A DNA stretch of 64,000 bases from a virus (taxonomy: Duplodnaviria > Heunggongvirae > Uroviricota > Caudoviricetes): IMG/VR virus record IMGVR_UViG_3300037156_000269, positions 32,626 to 96,625 of that record; one strand, given 5' to 3'. The notes beneath the pieces were generated by a model that was not told the DNA's origin, searched no databases, and saw only the letters and a list, made by a program, of their open reading frames with translations. A program made the translations under genes and the position numbers. How positions within the stretch are numbered: position 1 is the first letter of the stretch; every line of letters begins with the position of its first letter. This document shows, one piece after another, positions 1 to 9,931 of the stretch.

Positions 1-146
1 AGAAGCACCTCTCTCCCGAAGGCTGATGCCCTCCATCAAGAAGCTTTGCGATTGAATCAAAGGATGATGACTATTTCTTTAAGGCAGTTGGCCCGAGACC
101 TCCACCCATCAAAACCCGCGTGGTCTAAAGAACTGAAGAGGAAGTA

Positions 147-548
147 ATGTTCACTTTGGGTTTCTCAAAAACCGCAGCCTTCGACCACAATAACCAGGGT
201 CTGGAATTTAAAATGTCCGACATGGGTAGTGGTAACGTCGGAGCAGGCGGCATGGCCCCCAGTGGTATTCCCTCCTACCAGCCTTTTGACAATAACAAAG
301 AGGGTGGAGGCCAGAAGCTGAGTCGCAAGGCCCGTGCCCGCATGGCCATCAATGCCATGTACAAGTTCAGCTCCGGGATGTCGGACGCAGGACTTTCAGA
401 TAGTGGCGGATCTGATATTGCGTCAGGTACCGTTGATCAGTTAAAATGGACTTCTCAGAACGGGCCCACTCTCGAGCAAGAAGCCGATGACCGTAAAGAA
501 CAAAAAAACCGCCGCAAGGCCTACCTTAAATCGAGGATACGCGAATGA
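147..548 (+). CDS. Small virion-associated protein with FxxGFxKxA leader
   Basis: Starts MFTLGFSKTA; GAGG SD upstream; first of four genes linked by stop/start overlaps. Confidence 0.7.
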   Translation: MFTLGFSKTAAFDHNNQGLEFKMSDMGSGNVGAGGMAPSGIPSYQPFDNNKEGGGQKLSRKARARMAINAMYKFSSGMSDAGLSDSGGSDIASGTVDQLKWTSQNGPTLEQEADDRKEQKNRRKAYLKSRIRE

Positions 549-877
549 GCTTTACAGATGGATTTTTTAAACTTGCGGCCGAACCGGTTGTCTTCAGTGC
601 TCTCGCCAATGCCGCGAAAAAAGGACTCTCCCACGCAGGCGGATCCACAATCAAGGATGCCCTGAAACTTAAAGGCCTCAGCCACATCGGCGAAGCCGTT
701 AAGAAAAGCGGTGGTCTTGGAAAAAGCTTCACCACTCAGGCCGGCCGCGAAGCCTTAGCTGAGGGCGTCGGTAAAGCAGCTCCATCTCTTGGCGCGGCGG
801 CAGCCTATGGTGTAGGTGCTAAAAAAGTTTACAATAAAGTCTCTGAGAACGATAACCGCGGACAGGGTGGGTACTGA
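545..877 (+). CDS. Small basic Gly/Ala-rich protein with leader
   Basis: Starts MSFTDGFFKLA; C-terminal GAAAAYGVGAKK hydrophobic-then-basic tail; ATGA overlap. Confidence 0.7.
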   Translation: MSFTDGFFKLAAEPVVFSALANAAKKGLSHAGGSTIKDALKLKGLSHIGEAVKKSGGLGKSFTTQAGREALAEGVGKAAPSLGAAAAYGVGAKKVYNKVSENDNRGQGGY

Positions 878-1089
878 TGTTCACTTTAGGGTTTGAGAAA
901 ACAGCTGGCCCCGCTATTGCTGAAAACTTGTTCAACGACCGCCTAAAGCGTGTAGGACACAGCATCGCTCGTAAAACCAAAGATGTTGCCAAGCACGTCG
1001 TCAAAAACCGCAGAGATTATCTGTTTGGCGGCGGGGCTGCCGGCACGATCGGCACAGCCATCGGTGTAAACCGAAAAAAGGATAAATAA
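877..1089 (+). CDS. Small basic protein with leader
   Basis: Starts MFTLGFEKTA; glycine-rich hydrophobic C-terminus; TGATG overlap. Confidence 0.7.
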   Translation: MFTLGFEKTAGPAIAENLFNDRLKRVGHSIARKTKDVAKHVVKNRRDYLFGGGAAGTIGTAIGVNRKKDK

Positions 1090-1274
1090 TGTTCACCAAA
1101 GGCTTCAAAAAACAAGCAGACGCCCCACCGATCATGCCCACCGCGGCTCAAGGTAAAGCTTTCCGCAAAGGCATGAATCAAGACGTCTCCGTCTCCCAAG
1201 GCTGGCAGAACATCAAGAATGAAGTCGGCAGTCTCTTTGGAGGCGCCCCTAACGTCGGAAAAATGGGCGGCTGA
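1089..1274 (+). CDS. Small protein with leader
   Basis: Starts MFTKGFKKQA; TAATG overlap. Confidence 0.7.
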   Translation: MFTKGFKKQADAPPIMPTAAQGKAFRKGMNQDVSVSQGWQNIKNEVGSLFGGAPNVGKMGG

Positions 1275-1275
1275 T

Positions 1276-1303
1276 AGCTAAAAACGAGGGCACACCGCCC
1301 CCG
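1276..1303 (-). terminator. Intrinsic terminator
   Basis: Minus strand CGGGGGC-GGTGT-GCCCTCG then TTTTTAGCT, just after the 1311 stop. Confidence 0.7.
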
Positions 1304-1310
1304 CTGCAAA

Positions 1311-1778
1311 TCACCACGCCGAAGCGCTACTACGGTTCCAGCCGCTATCAAACGGACTGTTGTTGCTGCTACTTCCTTGATTCCACAGAGGCTGCTGAGG
1401 GCTAGATGCTGCCGGTGATGCCGCAGGTCCAACTCCACTCTTGTTGTAGAATACTCCTGGAGTTGAAATGTCCACTCCTCGTCCATGCTTGTTCATTAGC
1501 GCTGCGCTGATGCCAGCAATAATCATCGCGCACAGCTCCACCAAAAACTTAGATATCGCGATCTCAATCGCCTGCTTGGAAAACTCCATAAACTTCCCAA
1601 GAACCCCTGCCATGAGCTCTACGAACTTGTCGGCTATCTTGCTCCCCGCCGATGCCGCTCTGCTCGCCTGCGTCCGATAATTCTTCACAAACTCACTCGG
1701 AACAAACTTCTCTGTTTCAGACTCCTTCACTGTCGCCCCACCCCATTGAAACTCCTCCTTGCCAACTGTAATCTCCAT
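1311..1778 (-). CDS. Hypothetical protein with hydrophobic segment
   Basis: 155-aa ORF with GAGGAG SD, own promoter motif and terminator. Confidence 0.65.
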   Translation of the reverse strand: MEITVGKEEFQWGGATVKESETEKFVPSEFVKNYRTQASRAASAGSKIADKFVELMAGVLGKFMEFSKQAIEIAISKFLVELCAMIIAGISAALMNKHGRGVDISTPGVFYNKSGVGPAASPAASSPQQPLWNQGSSSNNSPFDSGWNRSSASAW

Positions 1779-1826
1779 CCAGTTCTCCTCGTGCTGAAAT
1801 ACGATACAATCATCTGTACCGGTAAA

Positions 1827-1838
1827 CTTATGCCAGAA
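1827..1838 (-). promoter_or_regulatory. Class-E promoter motif TTCTGGCATAAG
   Basis: One of 13 related minus-strand motifs; 49 nt upstream of the 1778 start. Confidence 0.55.
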
Positions 1839-1942
1839 ATTGTTTTGTTTTTGCCTGGGCGAGTTAGAGTCGTTTTTGACTCTAACTGAATTAGTGGCAG
1901 ATCTGTCGCTAATTCAGTTCCTTAGATATATGATTCATGTAT

Positions 1943-2461
1943 CTAAGCCAAACGTAGGTGCCGAATACCCTTCTGAGCCGCGAGTGCCGCGCCAGCAAGA
2001 CTGGCTGTTTTGTTGATGGATGGGATAGCCTCCAAAACCAGGCTCTTAAACTCATGAAATTCAGACCTCAAAGCATCGTGGTCTGCTCTAGGGACAGTAT
2101 TGACACTCCTGTTTTCTTTTACAAATCTGCGCAGCTCTGTGCGGAAAGCTACTGCCTGAGGGCTCCTAATATAAAACGCAAAATTTATCATTGCATCCTC
2201 CGTCCACAAAGTGAGGTCCTCTCTCAGTCTGTCTATGCCAAGCTCAGCCTTATGGGCTGTCAGGAATTCCTTAGGTACACGATTCGTGTACCTAAGCTCG
2301 TCCATTTCCTCGCGGTGCTGATTATAGGCATTCCACAGAGAATTCTGCCCGCACCCCAAACCGATTCCTATCTGCTTGTTCGTGCACACCAGAACAGAGC
2401 CTACGGCAATCATCGGCACACTTAGCCCTCTAAACCCCCAACGAACCAGTTCTACGTTCAT
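1943..2461 (-). CDS. Putative Bro-N/antirepressor-like DNA-binding protein
   Basis: LWTEDAMINFAFYIRSPQAVAFRTEL resembles the Bro-N/AntA C-terminal helix motif; AGGAGATTTATG initiation site. Confidence 0.5.
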   Translation of the reverse strand: MNVELVRWGFRGLSVPMIAVGSVLVCTNKQIGIGLGCGQNSLWNAYNQHREEMDELRYTNRVPKEFLTAHKAELGIDRLREDLTLWTEDAMINFAFYIRSPQAVAFRTELRRFVKENRSVNTVPRADHDALRSEFHEFKSLVLEAIPSINKTASLAGAALAAQKGIRHLRLA

Positions 2462-2579
2462 AAATCTCCTCTTGTCTTACCTAGACTTTTAGAAGCACCT
2501 AATCGTGCTACCAATCTTCTTATGCCCGAAATGCTTTTGTTTTTGCCTAACGCGTCACGGCTGCTATAGAATGGGGTCT

Positions 2580-5500
2580 ATGCGTACATTTTCCGGTTCC
2601 GACCAGTTCCAAGAATTGCAAAAAGTCGTCCTTGATTCCTACTCCAAGCTTTTCCCTGTGGAGAAAAACGGCTTTCGTTTAGAGCTCGGTAAGATGTGGC
2701 TGGACGACGAGGCTGTCGAGCCTGGAGACTTCACGACGCAGAAAAAGGTGAAGCTTGCCGGCAACACGTGGGGCGCGCCGCTTTACGCATCTCTTGTCCT
2801 CAAAGATGCTGACGGAAAAATCGTCGATCACTTAGAGAAAACTAGACTTGCTACCATCCCCAGACTTACCCCCCGCGGCTCCTACATCGTAAAGGGCAAC
2901 GAGTATCAGGTTGCAAACCAAATGATCCGTAAGCCAGGTGCCTACGTGGTGAAGTCGCAAAAGGGCGACCAGTTTAAAGGCATGCTCGCCCTCACCGGCG
3001 ATCGTCAGCAAAACTTCGAAGTTCACTTTGATACGACGACCAACAAGTACAAAGCAAAGCTCGGACAGTCCTTTATCCCCCTATACCCACTCCTGAAATC
3101 CTTGGGCGCGAGTGACAAGGAAATGGTTTCTGCGTGGGGAGAGAAGATCTTCACAGCGAATAAATCCGAGCGACCGACCGATTATTTTAAGCTCTCCGAG
3201 AAACTTGCCAGGGCACCGCGTACCGACAACCAACAGACAGCTATTGAAGCCATCCAGGCTTACGCAAAAACGGCCAAGGTTGATCCTAATATCACCAAGC
3301 TCACAATGGGTCATGCTTACGAGAACCTAAGCCACGGCCTCTTGCTGGACACCTCAAAGAAAATTCTTAGCAGCTATCAGGGCAAAACAGAACCGGACGA
3401 TCTCGAGAACCTTTTGTTCAAAGAGATCCGCTCTGTTGAGGATATGCTTCAAGATAGATTAGGAAGCAAAAAAGAACAAGATGGTCTAAAGCGAATGCTC
3501 ACACGCCACCTTGGGCGCAAGACATCCATCAGATCTCTCATTGATTTTAAGAAGCTCACAAGTCCTGTGGAGTCATTCTTTACGTCTGACAACAGAACAG
3601 CTACCAGTGAACAGTACAACCCCATTCACATGATCGCGGAGCAAAATAAGCTTACCATACACGGCACAGGCGGTATCACGAGTTCGCACGCTGTAAGCCA
3701 ATCTCTTCGCGAGGTGCATCCATCGCACATCGGATTTATCGATCCTGTGCATACACCGGAATGCTATGACGGCATGACTGAAGTTTTTACCAAGTCTGGG
3801 TGGAAAAAGTGGACTGATGTGACGGTCTCTGACAAGTTTGCTTGCCGCATCGAAAACACTTTGGAATTTCACGAAGCCAGTGCTTTCCACAAAAGCCATT
3901 ACAAAGGACTGATGTACGGGTTCAAAAATAACAAAGTAGATTATTTAGTAACACCCAATCACAGAATGTTTGTACAGGCAAATGATCCGAGCTCAGAGTG
4001 GAGAATCGAGACTGCCGAAAAGACGCACCTAAAAAATAGAAGACTTACCTCAGCGCATTTTCCGTTTTCTGGTGACACTTCAGCTACTCACTTCACACTT
4101 GAAAGAGTTGGCGGCTCTTCGTCGACTGTAAATTTCGACCGAATAAATATAGAGGACTGGTGTGAACTGGTTGGATGGGTTTTGTCAGAAGGTTGTGTTG
4201 TAAATAAGAAATACGGATCAAAGTATTCTTATGCGCTTAAAATCGCACAAAATGAAAAAGCCAATCCAGAGAAGTGCGCCAGAATAAAAGCACTGCTATC
4301 TAGACTGCCCTGGAGATGGTGTCAAAATACTGCAAAAACTGACTTCATAATTGGAGTTAAGCAACTTGCCATGCAATTCAAGGAACAAGGTTATTGCTAC
4401 GAAAAGTTCATTCCAGAATATCTCTTCGAGGCTCCTGTGCAGGCGCGAGAGCGCATGCTGGAAGCTCTTTTGTTAGGGGATGGGCGCACATTTAGTCACA
4501 GAGTTACTGGAGTTTCTTACGAGCAAAAAGTCTACACTACCACAAGCAAGGAGTTGGCCATAGGCGTAGAAAGACTTGCCATAGGTCTAGGATATGGGGT
4601 CAAGACAGCCGTCTATCAAGATAACCGTCAAGAGCACTATAGGGACATGTTTGAAATCCGTCTTTTGAGTCACGGTGATAGAACACTTCGTGCAAATTAT
4701 TACTACACTACAGATTTCAATGACACAGTTTATTGTGCTACAGTGCCTGGCAGCCTCCTTCTTGTTAGACGAAACGGCAGCGTTCCGATCTGGCTCGGCA
4801 ATAGTGATAAAACGGGCACGACACTGCATTTAGCGAGCGCTGTTGTAAAAGATGGGCGCAACATTCGCACGTTTGTTCGCAACGTAAAAACAGACAAGAT
4901 GGAGCTTCTAACTCCACAGGAAATCTACTTTAAGAACGTGGCGTTTCCAGATGAGTATGTTGGTGGCAAGTTCAAGAACGCATCTGGCGTTCGTATCCAA
5001 GCGCAGGGTAAAGTGGACATGGTTCCATCCCACAAGGTGGACTACGCCCTTCCGCACCCGACAGCTCTTTTTAGCCACTCAACAAACCTTGTTCCATACC
5101 TGAAAAACGACCAAGGTAATCGCGCCATGATGGCAGCAAAAATGATAGGACAAGCCATTCCGCTTGTCGACCGCGAAGCGCCGCTTGTTCAAACTGCTAT
5201 GCCAGACGGCAAATCATTTCATGAAGAGATTGGCAGACAGTTTTCGATCCAGTCACCCCATGCTGGTAAAATCACAGCCGTGCACTCGGACTACATCATG
5301 GTCGATAAGACCAAGATTCCTGTTTATAATAACTTCCCCCTTAATCAAAAAACTCAAATGCATCACACAGCTCTCGTGAATGTGGGCGACGAAGTTAAAA
5401 AAGGTCAGCTCTTAGCTGATTCGAACTACACGAAAAACGGCACTCTCGCTATTGGCAAGAACCTCACCGTGGCCTACCTGCCGTACCCTGGCTACACCTT

Positions 5501-8500
5501 TGAAGACGGTATCGTCATTACTGAGAGCGCCGCTAAGAAACTCTCGGCCGAGCAAAACTATCGTCATACTTTTAAGCTTGAGCCGAAAAGAAAAGAGACG
5601 GGCCTTCGCCGTTTCTTGAGTTATTACCCAAACACCATGACAAAAGATCAAGCATCGCACTACGAGTTGGATGGTGTGATCAAAAAAGGCACTCGAGTCA
5701 AATCAGGACAGATTCTCATCACAGGCATGAACTACGCCGCACACTCACCAGAGAACATGACACTCAACCGCCTCAACAAGGCTCTTGCTCTCCCGTGGTC
5801 CGACGCCTCTGTGAAGTACACAGGCGAATTCGAAGGTACTGTCACAGACGTAGTGAAGCGTGGAGACCAGATTGACGTGTTCGTGAAGTCTATTGAGCCT
5901 GCGCGCGAAAGTGACAAGCTCTCCGGCGTTCACGGTAACAAGGGAGTCATTACAAAAATCATCCCCGACAGCGATGCTCCGCGAACAAAAGACGGCAAAA
6001 TCCCCGATGTTTTCTTAAACCCGCACGGCATCATTGGGCGTATCAACGTAGGCCAGATCTATGAGTCGGCCGCAGGAAAGATTGCCCAAAAGACTGGGAA
6101 GCCGCGCATTGTTCATAACTTTGATTCTCATGACACTAATAAACAAATCACCGCCGACCTCAAAGCTCATGGAATTTCGGATGTTGAAGAGATGGTCACC
6201 CCTGACGGCAAGTCCTTGGGTAAAGTCCACGTCGGTGTCCCGTACATTCTGCGCCTCGCTAAGACTGGTAAAACAGGCTTCAGCGCGCGCATGCCGGGCC
6301 AAGGCTACGACGTAAACCTTCAGCCTGTAAAGGGCGGTGAAGAGGGAGCAAAGGCGCTCGATCAGTTGACCTTCTTCTCAATGCTCTCGCACGGGGCAAA
6401 GAAAAATCTTCTTGACGCTCACGTGAAGTCTGAAAATAATGACGAGTTCTGGCACGCAATCGAGATGGGTAAGATCCCGCCAACACCACAGCCGAGCTTC
6501 GCCTTTAACAAATTCATCGCTTTACTTAAAGGTGCTGGCATTAACGTCGACAAACAGGGCAGCGAATTCCACCTGGCCCCCATGATGGACAAGGACACAC
6601 TCAAAGTTAGTAAAGGAAAAATCTCTGATGCTAGGTTCCTCTACGGCAAGAACAACGCCGAGATCAAAGGCGGATTCTTTGATACGTCCATCACTGGTGG
6701 GTTGGCGGGAAAGAACTATGGCCATCTGGAGCTTGCCGAGCGCATGGCGAATCCGGTATTTGAGAATGCAATCAAAGCGCTCACAGAAATCAAGGGACCG
6801 CAGTACGAGCATCTCGTCGCCGGAAGACTTCACGTAACCCCAGACGGGAAGCTTACACCAACATCCGATGCGAAAACTAAAACAGGCGGCGAAGGCGTTG
6901 CGGCCCTACTCCGGCACATCGATGTCGACAAGAGCCTCTCGACCTATAAAGCCCAGATCCGGAAAGTTAAAACCGGCGCCGATACTGACAAGCTAAACCG
7001 AAAGATTCGCTACCTCACAGCTCTCAAAGAACTGAATCTCTCACCCGAGGAAGCCTATACGCGTAAGCTTGTTCCCGTTGTACCGCCAATCTACCGACCC
7101 ATTCAGGAGATCCCTGGACGTGGCCGTGTCGTAGCACCACCGAACTTTCTTTACCAGAACCTAGGAATTCTTACAGAAGCTCACCATCACCCCGTCATGA
7201 AATTCTTAGGCGATGAGGAGAAAGCGCAGCTTCGCGAAGAAACTTACAAAGCCACCCGCGCCGTGGCCGGTCTTGAGCCCGTTCTCACTCGCGGAAAAGA
7301 CCAGCCTATCGAGGGGTTCCTGTCGCAGATCACAGGATCTGCCCCTAAACAGGGGTTTTTCCTAAATAAACTCATCACCAAAAAACAAGATCTCGTTGGC
7401 CGCGGTGTCATCACAAACGGCCCCGATCTGCATATGGATGAAATCGGGATTCCAGAGAAAATGGCTAAATCCATCTTCCGCCCATTCACCGTGAGAGAGT
7501 TTACACAGTCTGGGTATAAGCCAGATGTTGCTCGCCGAGAGATCGATGAGAACACACCTCTCGCACGAAAGATGCTTGAGAGTGCTATGAAGAAACGCAC
7601 GGTCCTCATGAATCGCGCGCCCTCGCTTCACAAGTTCTCAATCATGGCATTTAAACCGAAGCTCTCGAGCGGTCTCGCGGTTAAAGTTCCGCCCCTTGTT
7701 TTCAAAGGGTTCAACGCCGACATTGACGGAGATGCCGTCTCTCTCCACGTTCCTGTCTCAGAAGAAGCTCTACGTGAATCCACCAAGATGTTCCCATCGA
7801 ACAATTTGTGGAAGCCTGGAACCGGCGAACTCATGACAGTCCCGACCCAAGAAGCTGCGATCGGTCTTTATTTTCTGTCTAAAACAGACAAAGGTCGTGC
7901 GGAGATTAACAATCTAATCCCCGCAAAATATCATGTGAATACGCAGCTCACATCCAAAGGAGCCGCTGAACTTTATGACCGCATAGCCAAGGATCTTCCT
8001 CATCAGTTCCCAAACATCGTTCACGCCATGAAGCAGCTCGGTGACAAGCATGCCTATGAAGTGGGCTTCACCGCAAGTGTCGCTGACCTAGCTGTGGACA
8101 CCAAAGCGCGCGACGCGATCTTTAAACACGGAGATCAGGATGCAGCAAAGCTTCGCCTAGCCCACAAACCAGGGCTCGAGCGCGATAACAAAATCGCCGC
8201 CATTTATGAAAAAGCCGCTCAGGATTCCTACAAAGGCATCAAGGAGCAGATGAAAAATAGCGGATCAAGCTTCTATCACATGATCGCTTCAGGAGCCCGA
8301 GGCAAAGACAACCAGCTCATGCAGATGGTCTCGGCCCCAGGTATCGTCATGGACGCGAAAGACCGAAAGGTCCCAGTTCCATTAAACAAATCTTATGCTG
8401 AAGGTATCACCACATCCGATTACTTCATGGCCTCCTACGGAGTTCGTAAAGGCATGATGGACAGATCCCTTCAAACTGAGAAGCCAGGCGCCGCCAACAA

Positions 8501-9710
8501 AGACATCATGGCCGTTGCCGGCGATCACGTGGTTTCAGAAAATGATTGTGGAACAAAACGCGGAGTCGAGCTTCCAATTACTAGCCCGGATGTTTACGAC
8601 CGATTTCTCTCACACGACCAGCACGGCCACAAACGCAACGAACCGGTCACTCCTCAGCTCATCTCCGAGCTCGGGAAAAAACACGTGAAAACCATCAACG
8701 TGCGCACACCTCTTCGGTGCCTAGCGCCCAAAGGGCTTTGCTCACACTGCTTTGGGATAGATGAGCACGGTCACCTGCCTCAAATCGGTGATAACATAGG
8801 AGCCAAAGCAGGACAGACGATGACCGAGCCAATGACGCAGTTCGTCATGAAGACATTTCACACTGGCGGCGTCTCCTCGGGAGCACCGACTTCGAAAGGA
8901 TTTGAGCGTGTCTCTCAGCTCCTTAATATGCCAAAGTACGTCTCTGGCCAGGCTGCACTTTCTGAGGTTTCTGGAAAGGTATCGAAGATATCAAAGACAC
9001 CTGCAGGTGGCTTCGACATTCACGTTGGAGACCAGATCCACACCGCTCGCCCAGGCGTCACACCAAGCGTGTCCGTTGGTGACAGCGTCCACAAAGGCGA
9101 CAAGCTCACCGACGGCGTAATCAAGCCACAGGAGCTTTTACGCCACAAAGGAATGTTGGCCGCGCAGAACTACATCGTGGATGAGCTCAAGGACACCTAC
9201 AGCCAGCAGGGGGTTCCGATGCAACGCAAGATCTTCGAGACCGTTATCCGTGCCGCGACGAACAATACCCGTGTCGTTGAGGCACCAAAACACTCCAACT
9301 TTATAGTCGGCGACGTGATCCCATACACCTCGGCTGTTCACTATAACGAGACCAGAAAAGTCTCCGTACCTGTGAGTCATTCGTCTGGCTACTTCCTGAA
9401 AGAGAATGTCGGCAAACTTCCGCAGTTCCACGAGGTAACAGACAAAGATCACTCTTATCTCCGCGAGATGGGTCACACGCACGATATTGAGGTCCTCAAA
9501 GATCCGCTCATTCACGCACCTATGATAAAGGGCATTACTCATGTTCCAGCTCTCCGCAAAGACTGGATGGCTCAGCTCGGTTACCGCTATATCAAAGAAG
9601 CCCTCACAGAAGGTGCGGCGCAATCTTGGAAATCAAATGTCGAAGGAACACACCCAGTGCCGGCGTTCGCGTTCGGCGCGTCGATGGGGAAAAAAAAGGA
9701 GCATTACTGA
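2580..9710 (+). CDS. Phage multisubunit-type RNA polymerase, beta and beta' fused in one ORF, intein-containing
   Basis: Beta motifs GYTFEDGIV, DKLSGVHGNKGVI, NPHGIIGRINVGQIYE; beta' motifs NRAPSLHK, catalytic FNADIDGD, GARG, Zn site DCGT..CLAPKGLCSHC, trigger loop EPMTQFVMKTFHTGG; start at 2580 or 2571, not 2505. Confidence 0.95.
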   Translation: MRTFSGSDQFQELQKVVLDSYSKLFPVEKNGFRLELGKMWLDDEAVEPGDFTTQKKVKLAGNTWGAPLYASLVLKDADGKIVDHLEKTRLATIPRLTPRGSYIVKGNEYQVANQMIRKPGAYVVKSQKGDQFKGMLALTGDRQQNFEVHFDTTTNKYKAKLGQSFIPLYPLLKSLGASDKEMVSAWGEKIFTANKSERPTDYFKLSEKLARAPRTDNQQTAIEAIQAYAKTAKVDPNITKLTMGHAYENLSHGLLLDTSKKILSSYQGKTEPDDLENLLFKEIRSVEDMLQDRLGSKKEQDGLKRMLTRHLGRKTSIRSLIDFKKLTSPVESFFTSDNRTATSEQYNPIHMIAEQNKLTIHGTGGITSSHAVSQSLREVHPSHIGFIDPVHTPECYDGMTEVFTKSGWKKWTDVTVSDKFACRIENTLEFHEASAFHKSHYKGLMYGFKNNKVDYLVTPNHRMFVQANDPSSEWRIETAEKTHLKNRRLTSAHFPFSGDTSATHFTLERVGGSSSTVNFDRINIEDWCELVGWVLSEGCVVNKKYGSKYSYALKIAQNEKANPEKCARIKALLSRLPWRWCQNTAKTDFIIGVKQLAMQFKEQGYCYEKFIPEYLFEAPVQARERMLEALLLGDGRTFSHRVTGVSYEQKVYTTTSKELAIGVERLAIGLGYGVKTAVYQDNRQEHYRDMFEIRLLSHGDRTLRANYYYTTDFNDTVYCATVPGSLLLVRRNGSVPIWLGNSDKTGTTLHLASAVVKDGRNIRTFVRNVKTDKMELLTPQEIYFKNVAFPDEYVGGKFKNASGVRIQAQGKVDMVPSHKVDYALPHPTALFSHSTNLVPYLKNDQGNRAMMAAKMIGQAIPLVDREAPLVQTAMPDGKSFHEEIGRQFSIQSPHAGKITAVHSDYIMVDKTKIPVYNNFPLNQKTQMHHTALVNVGDEVKKGQLLADSNYTKNGTLAIGKNLTVAYLPYPGYTFEDGIVITESAAKKLSAEQNYRHTFKLEPKRKETGLRRFLSYYPNTMTKDQASHYELDGVIKKGTRVKSGQILITGMNYAAHSPENMTLNRLNKALALPWSDASVKYTGEFEGTVTDVVKRGDQIDVFVKSIEPARESDKLSGVHGNKGVITKIIPDSDAPRTKDGKIPDVFLNPHGIIGRINVGQIYESAAGKIAQKTGKPRIVHNFDSHDTNKQITADLKAHGISDVEEMVTPDGKSLGKVHVGVPYILRLAKTGKTGFSARMPGQGYDVNLQPVKGGEEGAKALDQLTFFSMLSHGAKKNLLDAHVKSENNDEFWHAIEMGKIPPTPQPSFAFNKFIALLKGAGINVDKQGSEFHLAPMMDKDTLKVSKGKISDARFLYGKNNAEIKGGFFDTSITGGLAGKNYGHLELAERMANPVFENAIKALTEIKGPQYEHLVAGRLHVTPDGKLTPTSDAKTKTGGEGVAALLRHIDVDKSLSTYKAQIRKVKTGADTDKLNRKIRYLTALKELNLSPEEAYTRKLVPVVPPIYRPIQEIPGRGRVVAPPNFLYQNLGILTEAHHHPVMKFLGDEEKAQLREETYKATRAVAGLEPVLTRGKDQPIEGFLSQITGSAPKQGFFLNKLITKKQDLVGRGVITNGPDLHMDEIGIPEKMAKSIFRPFTVREFTQSGYKPDVARREIDENTPLARKMLESAMKKRTVLMNRAPSLHKFSIMAFKPKLSSGLAVKVPPLVFKGFNADIDGDAVSLHVPVSEEALRESTKMFPSNNLWKPGTGELMTVPTQEAAIGLYFLSKTDKGRAEINNLIPAKYHVNTQLTSKGAAELYDRIAKDLPHQFPNIVHAMKQLGDKHAYEVGFTASVADLAVDTKARDAIFKHGDQDAAKLRLAHKPGLERDNKIAAIYEKAAQDSYKGIKEQMKNSGSSFYHMIASGARGKDNQLMQMVSAPGIVMDAKDRKVPVPLNKSYAEGITTSDYFMASYGVRKGMMDRSLQTEKPGAANKDIMAVAGDHVVSENDCGTKRGVELPITSPDVYDRFLSHDQHGHKRNEPVTPQLISELGKKHVKTINVRTPLRCLAPKGLCSHCFGIDEHGHLPQIGDNIGAKAGQTMTEPMTQFVMKTFHTGGVSSGAPTSKGFERVSQLLNMPKYVSGQAALSEVSGKVSKISKTPAGGFDIHVGDQIHTARPGVTPSVSVGDSVHKGDKLTDGVIKPQELLRHKGMLAAQNYIVDELKDTYSQQGVPMQRKIFETVIRAATNNTRVVEAPKHSNFIVGDVIPYTSAVHYNETRKVSVPVSHSSGYFLKENVGKLPQFHEVTDKDHSYLREMGHTHDIEVLKDPLIHAPMIKGITHVPALRKDWMAQLGYRYIKEALTEGAAQSWKSNVEGTHPVPAFAFGASMGKKKEHY
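3762..4802 (+). mobile_element. Intein with LAGLIDADG homing endonuclease (347 aa) in RNAP beta
   Basis: Begins CYDGMTEVFTKSGWK after HTPE; ends VRRNGSVPIWLGN before +1 Ser; internal LVGWVLSEG and LEALLLGDG motifs; removal restores HPSH..TPE-SDKTG. Confidence 0.93.
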
Positions 9711-9931
9711 TGAAGCTCAGCGAAGTTTTTGAAAAGTATCCAAAGGGCACCGAGGTCAAGCGAGTCTTGAACTACACAGAACCTGAGAGGTCTTTCACAG
9801 TGTTTCGTGGCAAGGTAGACGAGAAGAAGGATGGTTTATTCTGGCTGATCGACTACGCAGAACCTCCTGTCCCGGGTCTTCTTGGTCTTACTGGCAGACC
9901 GCAAGACTCTGATGGATGGGAGCTACTCTGA
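9710..9931 (+). CDS. Hypothetical protein
   Basis: ATG overlaps the RNAP stop (TGATG); MKLSEVFEKY... Confidence 0.55.
   Translation: MKLSEVFEKYPKGTEVKRVLNYTEPERSFTVFRGKVDEKKDGLFWLIDYAEPPVPGLLGLTGRPQDSDGWELL

Noticed and set aside
2505-2570. RNAP N-terminal extension MLPIFLCPKC from the ORF track
   Set aside because: Cys/Phe-rich intergenic-looking sequence with no SD; the promoter-like element sits at 2564-2572.
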